From an uncultured Planctomycetota bacterium (GTDB lineage: Bacteria > Planctomycetota > PLA2 > JAEUHO01), in NCBI GenBank assembly GCA_963752285.1, contig CAVVXN010000005.1:1792001-1856000 (forward strand): a stretch of 64,000 nt of DNA, written 5' to 3'. The notes under the pieces were generated by a model. It worked only from the letters and a program-made list of their open reading frames with translations. It was not told the origin of the DNA and did no database searches. The position numbers were made by a program, and so were the translations under genes. Within the stretch, counting starts at the first letter, position 1. Each line of letters starts with the position of its first letter. Shown piece after piece: positions 50,260 through 58,637 of this stretch.

Positions 50260-50748
50260 TCAGTCTCCGCTGTCGCCGTCCGAGTCGTCGTCGCCCATGT
50301 CCGGTCCGTCACCGTCGTCCGAGTCCTGAGAGCGACGCGAGTCACGGCGGCCGCTGGATCGCTTCCGCTCGCCCCAGCCCGAGAGGGAGGCACGACGGCT
50401 CTCCTCGGCGAGGCGCTCGCGCTCGTCGGTCCGCTTCTGGACGTGCTCGGCGATGGGCTCGTCGAGCGCGATCGCCAGGTGGCGGATCACGGCCTCGTTC
50501 AGGTTGACGTCCCGGTCGATCTCCTCGAGCGCGGTCGTCGGGGCCTGGAAGTAGACCAGATAGTACGTGGCGCGCCGGTGGCCCTTGATCTCGTAGGCGA
50601 GACGGCGCTCGTCCCACTTCTCCTTCTGGACGATGTTGGCGCCGTGCTTCTCGAGGATCTGGTCCACGAGGGCTGCGGTGCCGTCGAAGTCCTCCGTGGC
50701 CCGGGTGTTGTCCAGGAGGAACATGGCCTCGTATTCGCGGGTTCTCAT
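50260..50748 (-). CDS. rpsF: 30S ribosomal protein S6 with charged C-terminal extension
   Basis: YEAMFLL, WDERRLAYEI, NEAVIRHL. Confidence 0.94.
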   Translation of the reverse strand: MRTREYEAMFLLDNTRATEDFDGTAALVDQILEKHGANIVQKEKWDERRLAYEIKGHRRATYYLVYFQAPTTALEEIDRDVNLNEAVIRHLAIALDEPIAEHVQKRTDERERLAEESRRASLSGWGERKRSSGRRDSRRSQDSDDGDGPDMGDDDSDGDSGD

Positions 50749-50872
50749 GGATCGGCGGGGTCTCGGGATCGTTTCGGGAAGCGGGCGAAGGTACCAGCCC
50801 CGGCGGGTCGAGCCCAAGGGATGACGGGAGCCTGTGTCCCGACCGAGTCCCCGCGCTCCCGGGGTCGGCCCG

Positions 50873-51445
50873 TCAGCCCGCGTTGAACCGGTTCATGGCG
50901 GCGTCGATGCCCGCCTCGGCCCAGAGGAGGGCGGCGTCGGCTCCGAGGTCCACGAGGTCCTCGAGCAGGCGGCGCTGGGCGGCGTCGTAGCGGCGGAGCA
51001 CGTAGTCGGCCGGGTCGAGGCCCTCCGGCACGGGCCCGATGCCGAGGCGGAGGCGCGGGTAGGCCGGGCCGCCGAGCGCGTCCTGGATCGACTTCAAGCC
51101 GTTGTGCCCGCCCGCGCTGCCCTCGGCCCGGAGCCGGACCCGCCCGAAGGGAAGCATGAAGTCGTCCACGAGGACGAGCGCCTGCTCGGGGCCGAGGTCG
51201 TACACCTCGAGCGCGCGGCGGTAGACCGGCCCCACGAGGTTCATGAAGGAGGCGGGCTTCACCAGCCGGAGCCGGCGCTCCCCCGACCGCGCGTCCGCCT
51301 CCTCCCCGTGGAGGAGCCTCGTCTGCCGGAACTCGGCGCCGAGACGGAGGGCGACGCGCTCGAGGACCCGCCACCCCGCGTTGTGGCGCGTCTCCGCGTA
51401 CCGGCGACCCGGATTCCCGAGCCCGAAGAGGAGGAGCGTCGTCAC
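50873..51445 (-). CDS. pth: Peptidyl-tRNA hydrolase
   Basis: GLGNPG, TRHNAG, GGHNGLKSI, RLRLGIG. Confidence 0.96.
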   Translation of the reverse strand: MTTLLLFGLGNPGRRYAETRHNAGWRVLERVALRLGAEFRQTRLLHGEEADARSGERRLRLVKPASFMNLVGPVYRRALEVYDLGPEQALVLVDDFMLPFGRVRLRAEGSAGGHNGLKSIQDALGGPAYPRLRLGIGPVPEGLDPADYVLRRYDAAQRRLLEDLVDLGADAALLWAEAGIDAAMNRFNAG

Positions 51446-51496
51446 GGAGCCTCGACCTCCCCCTCCCGGTCCCGCGCGCGCGCCGGCGCGAGGCGC

Positions 51497-52141
51497 TCAG
51501 TCCTCCTCTTCGGCGGCCTGCCGGCGGATGAGCTCGGGCTCGGCGGGCGCACCCTCGCCCTCCGCCCCCGCCGCGGCGCCTTCCTCCTCCTCGCCGCCGC
51601 GCATCGCGACGACGTGCGCGACCAGGTCGTCCAAGTCGTCGAGCGCCTCGACGCCCTCGGGGAGTGCGACGTCCCGAACGAGGATCTCGTCGCCCACGAG
51701 GAGCGGCGTCACGTCGAGCACGACCTCCTGGGGGATGTCCCGCGGGCGGGCGCGGACCGAGAGGTGGGTCAGGAGGGCCTGGAAGAGCCCGCCTTCCGTC
51801 GTCCCCTTCGCGTGGCCCTTGAACACGACCGGGACTTCGTCCTCGATCGGCGCGTCCTTGTCCACGCGCTGGAGGTCCACGTGGAGCACCTCGTCGGTGA
51901 TGGGGTGGTGCTGGACCTCGCGCAGGATGGCGTCGCGGGTCTGCTCCCCCATCTTGAGCTCGACCAGGTGGCTCCCCGTCTTGAGGAAACGGGTGAGCTC
52001 CACGCCGGGGATGGTCAGGGGGAGGTTCCGTCGCCCGAGCCCGTAGAGCACGCCCGGCACGCGGCCGTCCCGTCGGAGCCGGCGCATCGCGGCCGTGCCG
52101 CGGTCCCCGCGCTCCTGGACCTCGATCTGGATGAACTCCAT
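51497..52141 (-). CDS. rplY: 50S ribosomal protein L25/Ctc
   Basis: RRLRRDGRVPGVLYG, VQHHP, LHVD. Confidence 0.94.
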   Translation of the reverse strand: MEFIQIEVQERGDRGTAAMRRLRRDGRVPGVLYGLGRRNLPLTIPGVELTRFLKTGSHLVELKMGEQTRDAILREVQHHPITDEVLHVDLQRVDKDAPIEDEVPVVFKGHAKGTTEGGLFQALLTHLSVRARPRDIPQEVVLDVTPLLVGDEILVRDVALPEGVEALDDLDDLVAHVVAMRGGEEEEGAAAGAEGEGAPAEPELIRRQAAEEED

Positions 52142-52351
52142 GTGCGTGCTCCCTCGGGATCGACCGAAGCGCACGAATGTACGCCGGGCGACGGGCCGGG
52201 CCAGCCCGCGGCGGACCCCTGCGGGCCGAAACGACGCGAGGGGGGACCGCGCGCGGCGCGTCCGGGGTCGCCCGGGACGCCGCGACCGGCCCCGCGCCCC
52301 CGCGGGCCCCGCCGCCCGCCCCCGCGTCCCCGGCGGGCCCGCGGCGCGGGG

Positions 52352-53317
52352 TCAATGCGTCTCGCCGCGGGGCTCCCGAGGCTCGAAGAGGACGGAGAGG
52401 CTCCGCTCGTCGTGGACCCGCGCGATCGCCTCGGCCAGGAGCGGTGCGATCGAGAGGACCGTCAGCTTGTCGAGGCCGGTCGGGTCCACGGGGATCGTGT
52501 CCGTCAGGACGATCTCGTCCACCGGCGCATCCCGGAGCTTCTCCCGGGCGGGCCCGCAGAGCACGCCGTGCGTCGCGGCGATGCGAACGCTCTTCGCCCC
52601 GTGCGCGCGCACCATCCGGGCCGCCGTGGTGATCGAGCCCGCCGTCGAGATCATGTCGTCGATCAGCAGGACGTTCCGGTCCTCGACCTCGCCGATGATC
52701 GCACCCGCCACCACGTGGTCCCCGCTCACCCGGCGCTTGTCCACGATCGCGAGCTCGCCCCCGAGCTTGTTCGCGTACCCGCCGGCCATCTTGGAGGAGC
52801 CGACGTCGGGTGCCACCACGGTCAGGTCGGTCAAGTTCTCCTTGCGGAAGTGGTCCTGGATCACGGGCGACGCGTAGAGATGGTCCACGGGGATGTCGAA
52901 GAACCCCTGGATCTGGGCGGCGTGGAGGTCCACGGTGAGCACGCGGCTCGCGCCCGCGACCGTCAGGAGGTTCGCCACGAGCTTCGCGCTGATGGGGACG
53001 CGCCCCTCCTCCTTCCGGTCCTTCCGCGCGTAGCCGAAGTACGGGATGACCGCGGTGATGCGCGCCGCCGAGGCCCGGCGGACCGCGTCGATCAGGATCA
53101 GGATCTCCATCAGGTTGTCGTTCACGGGCGGCGACGTGGACTGCACGATGTACACGTCGTTGCCGCGCACGTTGTCGTTCACCTGGACGTCGACCTCGCC
53201 GTCCGGGAACCTCGCGACCCGGGCGGGGCTGCGGCGGATGCCGAGGCGCTCCGCGATCTTGTCGGCCAGCTTCGGCGTGGCGTTCCCGGCGATCAGCTGC
53301 AGCTCTCCGTGCCTCAC
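52352..53317 (-). CDS. prs: Ribose-phosphate pyrophosphokinase
   Basis: FPDGE, PYFGYARKDRK, DLHAAQIQGFF, IDDMISTAGS. Confidence 0.96.
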   Translation of the reverse strand: MRHGELQLIAGNATPKLADKIAERLGIRRSPARVARFPDGEVDVQVNDNVRGNDVYIVQSTSPPVNDNLMEILILIDAVRRASAARITAVIPYFGYARKDRKEEGRVPISAKLVANLLTVAGASRVLTVDLHAAQIQGFFDIPVDHLYASPVIQDHFRKENLTDLTVVAPDVGSSKMAGGYANKLGGELAIVDKRRVSGDHVVAGAIIGEVEDRNVLLIDDMISTAGSITTAARMVRAHGAKSVRIAATHGVLCGPAREKLRDAPVDEIVLTDTIPVDPTGLDKLTVLSIAPLLAEAIARVHDERSLSVLFEPREPRGETH

Positions 53318-54648
53318 GAGCCCTCCCTCCCGTCCCCTTCGCGCTTCGGGAGCACCCGCGCGGGGACTCCCACCACCGTGGCGCCGGGCGGGACGTCGCG
53401 CCCCGCGAGGACCACGGCGTTCGCGCCGGTGACGGCGCCCTCGCCCACCGTGACGGGCGCCACGAGCACGGTGCCCGAGCCGATCCGCGCGTGCGGGCCG
53501 ATCGTCGTGCGGTGTTTCCGCTGGCCGTCGTAGTTCGCGGTGATCGTCCCGCAGCCCACGTTCGCGCGCTCGCCCACCGTCGCGTCCCCGAGGTAGGTCA
53601 GGTGCTTCGCCTTCGCGCCGCGCCCGAGCGTGCTCGCCTTCACCTCGACGAAGTTCCCGACCTCCGCGCCCGCCTCGAGAACCGCGCCGCCGCGCAGGCG
53701 CGCGAACGGACCGACGACCGCGCCGGCCTCGATCCGACAGCCCTGCCCCACGTACGAGAAGGGCAGGATCGTCGCGCCGGGCGCGATCTCGACGTCCACC
53801 TCGATCACGGTCGTCTCCGGGTCGACGATGCGCACGCCCGCTGCGAGATGGGCCCCGAGCACGCGACGCTTGAGGACCTGGAACGCCTGGGCGAGGTCGG
53901 ACGGGTCGTTCACGCCGAGGAGCCCCGCGCCCCGCGGGGTCGCGTGGACGCGGACGCCCCGGGAACCTGCCGCGAGGCGGTTCACGGCCTCGGTCGCGTA
54001 CTCCTCGTGCTTCGCGTTGGCGCGGGAGAGGCCCACGAGCGCCGGCCGGAGCGCCGTGGCGTCGAACGCGTAGATCCCCGTGTTGAACTCGGCGAGCGCG
54101 AGGACGTCGGGACGGTCCGCCGCGTCCCGGGCCTCGACGATCTCGGCGAGGCGGGCCGGGCGATCGCCGATGCCCGCCGCGCGGACCACGCGGCCGAGGT
54201 CGCCGGGGTCGGCACACGAGCCGGTGAGGACGGTCGCCGCGGCGGCGCCCTCCCGGTGTGCGAGGAGGAGCGTCTCGAGGTCGTCCGGCGCGACCTGCGG
54301 TACGTCGCCGTACACGAGGAGCACGTCGCCCTCGAACCCGCGGATCGCGTCCATCGCGAGTCGAAGCGCGTGGCCGGTCCCCTCGGGCGGGTCCTGCCGG
54401 ACCGGGCGCGCGCCGGGCCAGTGGGCGGAGAGCCAGGCCTCGACCTTCTCCTTCTGGTGGCCCACGACGACGATCGTCGGGTCCGCACCGAGCTCGGCGG
54501 TCGCGCGCCGCACGTGCTCCAGGAGCGGGACGCCGAGGCACTCGACGAGCACCTTCGGCGGCGCGCCCTCGGACGTGGCGAGACGCGTGCCGCGTCCCGC
54601 CGCGAGCACGACGACGGCGAGCGGCCGCACGCGGCCGGCGTCCTTCAT
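53314..54648 (-). CDS. glmU: Bifunctional UDP-GlcNAc pyrophosphorylase / GlcN-1-P acetyltransferase
   Basis: LAAGRGTRL, GTGHA, YGDVP, GNFVEVK, HLTYLGDA, ITANYDG. Confidence 0.94.
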   Translation of the reverse strand: MKDAGRVRPLAVVVLAAGRGTRLATSEGAPPKVLVECLGVPLLEHVRRATAELGADPTIVVVGHQKEKVEAWLSAHWPGARPVRQDPPEGTGHALRLAMDAIRGFEGDVLLVYGDVPQVAPDDLETLLLAHREGAAAATVLTGSCADPGDLGRVVRAAGIGDRPARLAEIVEARDAADRPDVLALAEFNTGIYAFDATALRPALVGLSRANAKHEEYATEAVNRLAAGSRGVRVHATPRGAGLLGVNDPSDLAQAFQVLKRRVLGAHLAAGVRIVDPETTVIEVDVEIAPGATILPFSYVGQGCRIEAGAVVGPFARLRGGAVLEAGAEVGNFVEVKASTLGRGAKAKHLTYLGDATVGERANVGCGTITANYDGQRKHRTTIGPHARIGSGTVLVAPVTVGEGAVTGANAVVLAGRDVPPGATVVGVPARVLPKREGDGREGS

Positions 54649-54695
54649 GGCCCTCTCCCTCCTCGCTTCGGCCGGCCGCGTGCCGGCCCCGCCCC

Positions 54696-54902
54696 CTACT
54701 CGCGGCCGCGCACGGCCAGGAGCACGAGAGCCAGGCCGGCGAAGATGCCCGCGCCCGAAGCGGCGACGCGCGGATACCAGACCGGGCCGAGGATCTGCTC
54801 GCTCCAGAGCTTCTGGACCGCGGCGAGCTGGTCGGGGAGCAGGATCGGCAGATAGAACGCGAGCGCCGCCCCGCCGAGGATGATCGCGATCAGCCTTCCC
54901 AT
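54696..54902 (-). CDS. Small two-TM membrane protein (68 aa), unknown function
   Basis: MGRLIAIILGGAALAFYLP...GAGIFAGLALVLLAVRGRE; GGAGG upstream of ATG 54902. Confidence 0.65.
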   Translation of the reverse strand: MGRLIAIILGGAALAFYLPILLPDQLAAVQKLWSEQILGPVWYPRVAASGAGIFAGLALVLLAVRGRE

Positions 54903-54982
54903 GGACGAACCTCCACCGTGTAGGACCCGCCGTCCGCCGCGTGCCGGGCCGGCTCTCTCGCCACCCCGAAGGGGCTCCGGGA

Positions 54983-55058
54983 TGGCTCCCCGGGGAGGAC
55001 TCGAACCTCCAACTTCAGGATCCAAAGTCCCGCGTGCTACCGGTTGCACCACCGGGGA
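54983..55058 (-). tRNA. tRNA-Gln (UUG)
   Basis: TCCCCGG/CCGGGGA acceptor stem, anticodon loop CTTTGGA, GGTTCGAGTCC, encoded CCA, 76 nt. Confidence 0.96.
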
Positions 55059-55083
55059 TCGGCGGCCGTCCGAGGCGGGGATC

Positions 55084-56376
55084 CTACCGCGGCCCGGCCG
55101 GAGGACGACCCGCCTCCGGGCCGGACTCGCCCGGGAGCAGGGCGCGGCGGAGGCGGTCGAGGGCGAGGAGCGCCGCGCGCCGCTGGACCGCCGCCCGGGA
55201 GAGGGGCGCGGTGACGCCTCGGCTCTCGGTCGGGCCGCCCCGCCGCGCCAGCGCGACGAACCAGGTCCCCGCCGGGATCCGGCGGCCCCTCGGGTCCGCG
55301 CCGTCGCCGGGCCCCGCGATCCCGGTCGTCGAGACGGCGAGGTCGGTCCCCGCGCGTTCGAGGGCGCCCTCCGCCATCTCCCGCGCGACGGCGTCCGACA
55401 CCGCGCCGTGCTCGCGGAGCGTCCCCGGGTCCACCCCGAGGAACGCCGCCTTCGTGCGGTCCGAGTACGTGACCCACCCGCCGGGGAACACGAGGCTCGC
55501 GCCCGGCACGCTCGTCAGCATCCGCGCGACCAGGCCGCCGGTGATCGACTCGGCGGTCGTCGCCGTCATGCCGCGCGCGCGAAGCGACTCGACGACCTCC
55601 ACCTCGATCGGGCGGTCGCCCCACGCGCGCCGCCCGAGTCGGCGCCGCGCCTCGAGGAGCGCCTCGCCGAGGAGCGCGGGGTCCGCGCCCTCCGTGGCGG
55701 TGAAGCGGACCTCGAGCTCGCCCTCGTGGGGGTAGAAGCCGACCGCGAGCCCCGGGCCGAGAACGACGTCTTCGAGCAGGACCGCGACGTCCGGCTCGGT
55801 CACGCCGGTCGCGCGGAGCGCCACGCTCTCCCGCCGCCGAAGCCGGGCCGTGGCGCGGAGGGCGGGGAGCACCACCCGCTCGAAGCCCGCGCGGAGCTCG
55901 CGCGGGACGCCGGGGAGCGCGAAGACCTCGGCCGCCCCGACCCGGACCGCGATCCCCGGCGCGGTGCCCTCGGGGTTCTCGAGCGCCCGGGCGCCCTCCG
56001 GCAGGCGCGCCTCGCGGCGGCGGCGCGCGTCGAGCGCGTGTCCCCGGGCGTGCTGCGCGCGGTCCACGAGCGCGAGCGCGGCGGGGTCCTCGACGAGCGG
56101 CACGCCGGCCGCGGCGGCCAGCCCCTCGCGCGTCACGTCGTCGTCCGTCGGGCCGAGCCCCCCCGTCACGACCACGAACGGCGCCGTGGCCGCGGCGCGA
56201 CGGACCGCGTCCTCGATCGCGTCGATCCGGTCGGGCGCGACGACGATCCCGTCCACGCGTGCGCCCTCCGCCGCGAGCCGGGCGGCGAGCCAGGGCCCGT
56301 TCGCGTCGGTCACCCTTCCGGCGAGGACCTCGTCGCCCACGACGACGAGGGCGACGCGCGGCGCCGTCTCGCTCAC
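55084..56376 (-). CDS. cinA: CinA-family protein (MoCF-like domain + NMN deamidase PncC domain)
   Basis: VGDEVLAG, TGGLGPTDDDVT, LPGVPRE, AESITGG, HGAVS, TTGIAGP. Confidence 0.93.
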   Translation of the reverse strand: MSETAPRVALVVVGDEVLAGRVTDANGPWLAARLAAEGARVDGIVVAPDRIDAIEDAVRRAAATAPFVVVTGGLGPTDDDVTREGLAAAAGVPLVEDPAALALVDRAQHARGHALDARRRREARLPEGARALENPEGTAPGIAVRVGAAEVFALPGVPRELRAGFERVVLPALRATARLRRRESVALRATGVTEPDVAVLLEDVVLGPGLAVGFYPHEGELEVRFTATEGADPALLGEALLEARRRLGRRAWGDRPIEVEVVESLRARGMTATTAESITGGLVARMLTSVPGASLVFPGGWVTYSDRTKAAFLGVDPGTLREHGAVSDAVAREMAEGALERAGTDLAVSTTGIAGPGDGADPRGRRIPAGTWFVALARRGGPTESRGVTAPLSRAAVQRRAALLALDRLRRALLPGESGPEAGRPPAGPR

Positions 56377-57449
56377 AGGCCGCTCCGGACGTGCAGGACG
56401 TCGCCGTCCTCCACGACGTAGCCCTTTCCCTCGAGCCGGAGGAGGCCCTTGGCCTTCACCTCCTTCTCGCTCCCCGCCGCGGCGAGGTCGTCGTAGCGGT
56501 AGACCTCGGCGCGGATGAAGCCCTTCGCGAGGTCGGTGTGGATTCGGCCGGCCGCGTCCACCGCCGTCTGCCCCGCCAGGATCGTCCACGCGCGGACCTC
56601 GTCCTCGCCCACCGTGAAGAACGACCGCAGTCCCACCGCGCGGTACACCTCGTGCGCGAACCGGTCCGCGGCGGGCTCCGCGATGCCGAACTCCGCCATG
56701 AAGGCCGGGCGGTCCGCGGCGTCGAGTCCCTGGAGCTCCGCCTCGAGCTGACCGTCGATCGCCAGGCGCGCGCGCATCTCGAGGGGGAGCCCGTCGCCGA
56801 GGCGCGCGGGCGCCTCGCCCGGGCCGTTCACGGCGACGAGGAACGGCTTCCTCGTGAACAGCTGGAACCCCCGGATCCGCTTCTCGTCGGCCTCGTCGAG
56901 CTCGAGACGGGAGACGGGACGGCCCGCCTCGAGCTCGGCGAGACAGCGCTTCACGACCTGGAGCTCGAGGCGGTCCTCGTCCTGCGTTCGGGTGCCGCGC
57001 TTCAGGTTCTCCTCGAGGCGCGCCGCGCGGCCCTCGGCCACCACGAAGTCGGCCGTGACGAGCTCCTCGACGAGGGCCCGGAGCTCGTCCTCGGGCGCGG
57101 GTTCCGGCCGGGCGTACGGATACGCGTCGGTGGTGAAGTCGCGCACGACGAGCACGTACGCGTCGGCCTCCCGGAGCGAGCCGAGGAGGCGCGTGCGCCG
57201 CTCGCGCTCGCGCTCGCCGCCCCCGACGGGCACGCCCGGCGGGTCCCAGAGCTCCAGCCCGGCGGGCGTGAACTTCTTGGGGTGGAAGATGTCGCGGCAG
57301 TGCTCGAGCCGCAGGTCGCGGACGCGGACCACCTGCACGTGCGTCTCGGTCTGGACCGTGCCGGGCGGCACGGGCACGGGGACCTCGGAGACGGCGTTCA
57401 GGAGGGTCGTCTTCCCGGCGCCGGGGAGGCCGAGGAGGGCGATCTTCAT
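56373..57449 (-). CDS. ychF: YchF/Obg-like ATPase (DUF933/TGS C-terminus), divergent G motifs
   Basis: GLPGAGKTT, FFTVGEDEVRAW, IHTDLAKGFIRAE, EGKGYVVEDGD. Confidence 0.85.
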   Translation of the reverse strand: MKIALLGLPGAGKTTLLNAVSEVPVPVPPGTVQTETHVQVVRVRDLRLEHCRDIFHPKKFTPAGLELWDPPGVPVGGGERERERRTRLLGSLREADAYVLVVRDFTTDAYPYARPEPAPEDELRALVEELVTADFVVAEGRAARLEENLKRGTRTQDEDRLELQVVKRCLAELEAGRPVSRLELDEADEKRIRGFQLFTRKPFLVAVNGPGEAPARLGDGLPLEMRARLAIDGQLEAELQGLDAADRPAFMAEFGIAEPAADRFAHEVYRAVGLRSFFTVGEDEVRAWTILAGQTAVDAAGRIHTDLAKGFIRAEVYRYDDLAAAGSEKEVKAKGLLRLEGKGYVVEDGDVLHVRSGL

Positions 57450-57483
57450 GTCGGGCTCCGGAGGCGCCGGGGGGCGGGCGCGG

Positions 57484-58404
57484 TCAGGGACCGGTCGGGG
57501 CGGTGGGCGCGGTCGGGGCGGACGTGGGGTTCAGCCCGAACACGCGCGCGGACCACGCGTTCAGGTCGCTGCTGAAGACGAGGAGCAGGGCGATCAGCAG
57601 GGCGCCGAGCACCAGGGGCCACGCGTGGTACCAGCGGAAGGGAACGCGCCCCTCGCCGACGTACCGCCCGCCCCAGATGCCGAGGAAGTACAGACCGACC
57701 AGCGGCATCGCCATCATGACCTGCGTCACGGGGCTCGGGTCCGTGAGGATCATCCCGATCACGAACGCGACGACCACCGCGATGCGCCAGTGCTTCCGGA
57801 ACGTCTCCCGCGTGACGATCCCCACGGCCTCGAGGAAGAGCATGAGGAGTGGCAGCTCGAACACGAGCGCCATCCCGAACACCATCATGAGGCAGGTCGA
57901 GATGTACGTGTCGATCCGGAACTCCGACCGGACCTGCATCCCGATGTCCCAGCCGATCAGCCAGCGGAACCCGAACGGGATCAGCACCACGTACGCGAGA
58001 ACCATCCCGATCGCGAAGAGCCCCAGGCTGACGGGGAAGAAGATGCGCACGACCCGCCGCTCGTGCGGATAGAGACCGGCCGAGACGAACCCCCAGAGCT
58101 GCCAGATGACGACCGGGGAGGCGGCGACGAGCCCCGCCAGGAAGCAGACCTTGAGGACGCCGAGGAACCCCTCGCCCGGGTCCACCGCCATCAGCTGGGC
58201 GTCCGGAAGCCCGAGGAGCGCGGTCGCCTCGTCGTACGGGTGGCGTACGAAGTCCCAGATCGGGTGCCAGAACACGAAGGCCAGGGTCATCGCCGCGAAG
58301 AGGGCGAGGGCCGAGCGGATGACGCGGGCCCTCAGCTCGTCCAGGTGCTCCGCGAGCGACATGCGCGGGAGGAGGTCCTCGGGATCGGTCGAATCGGGCG
58401 ACAT
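57484..58404 (-). CDS. tatC: Twin-arginine translocase subunit TatC
   Basis: MSLAEHLDELR, FVSAGLYPHE, FELP, multiple TM helices. Confidence 0.94.
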   Translation of the reverse strand: MSPDSTDPEDLLPRMSLAEHLDELRARVIRSALALFAAMTLAFVFWHPIWDFVRHPYDEATALLGLPDAQLMAVDPGEGFLGVLKVCFLAGLVAASPVVIWQLWGFVSAGLYPHERRVVRIFFPVSLGLFAIGMVLAYVVLIPFGFRWLIGWDIGMQVRSEFRIDTYISTCLMMVFGMALVFELPLLMLFLEAVGIVTRETFRKHWRIAVVVAFVIGMILTDPSPVTQVMMAMPLVGLYFLGIWGGRYVGEGRVPFRWYHAWPLVLGALLIALLLVFSSDLNAWSARVFGLNPTSAPTAPTAPTGP

Positions 58405-58575
58405 GGCGCCGGCTCAGGATAGGGCTCGTCCGAGAACAAGCGATAGAGATCGCGTCGGGTTCGCGAGCGCGCGCGAACGAGGGCCGGTCGAGGGCCACGC
58501 GGATCTGGGCGTCGAGGGCGCCGGTCGTCCGCGGGCGCCCCCGAGGGGGACGGCGCCCCTCGCCGCACCCCGCCG

Positions 58576-58613
58576 AAAACGAAGCGGGCCCGGCGACGGC
58601 GTCGCCGGGCCCG
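58576..58613 (-). terminator. Probable intrinsic terminator
   Basis: 13-bp stem CGGGCCCGGCGAC / GTCGCCGGGCCCG with a 3-nt loop, followed by CTTCGTTTT on the minus strand, downstream of the 58638 stop. Confidence 0.7.
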
Positions 58614-58637
58614 ACGTGGTTCGCCCAGGTCGATCGG

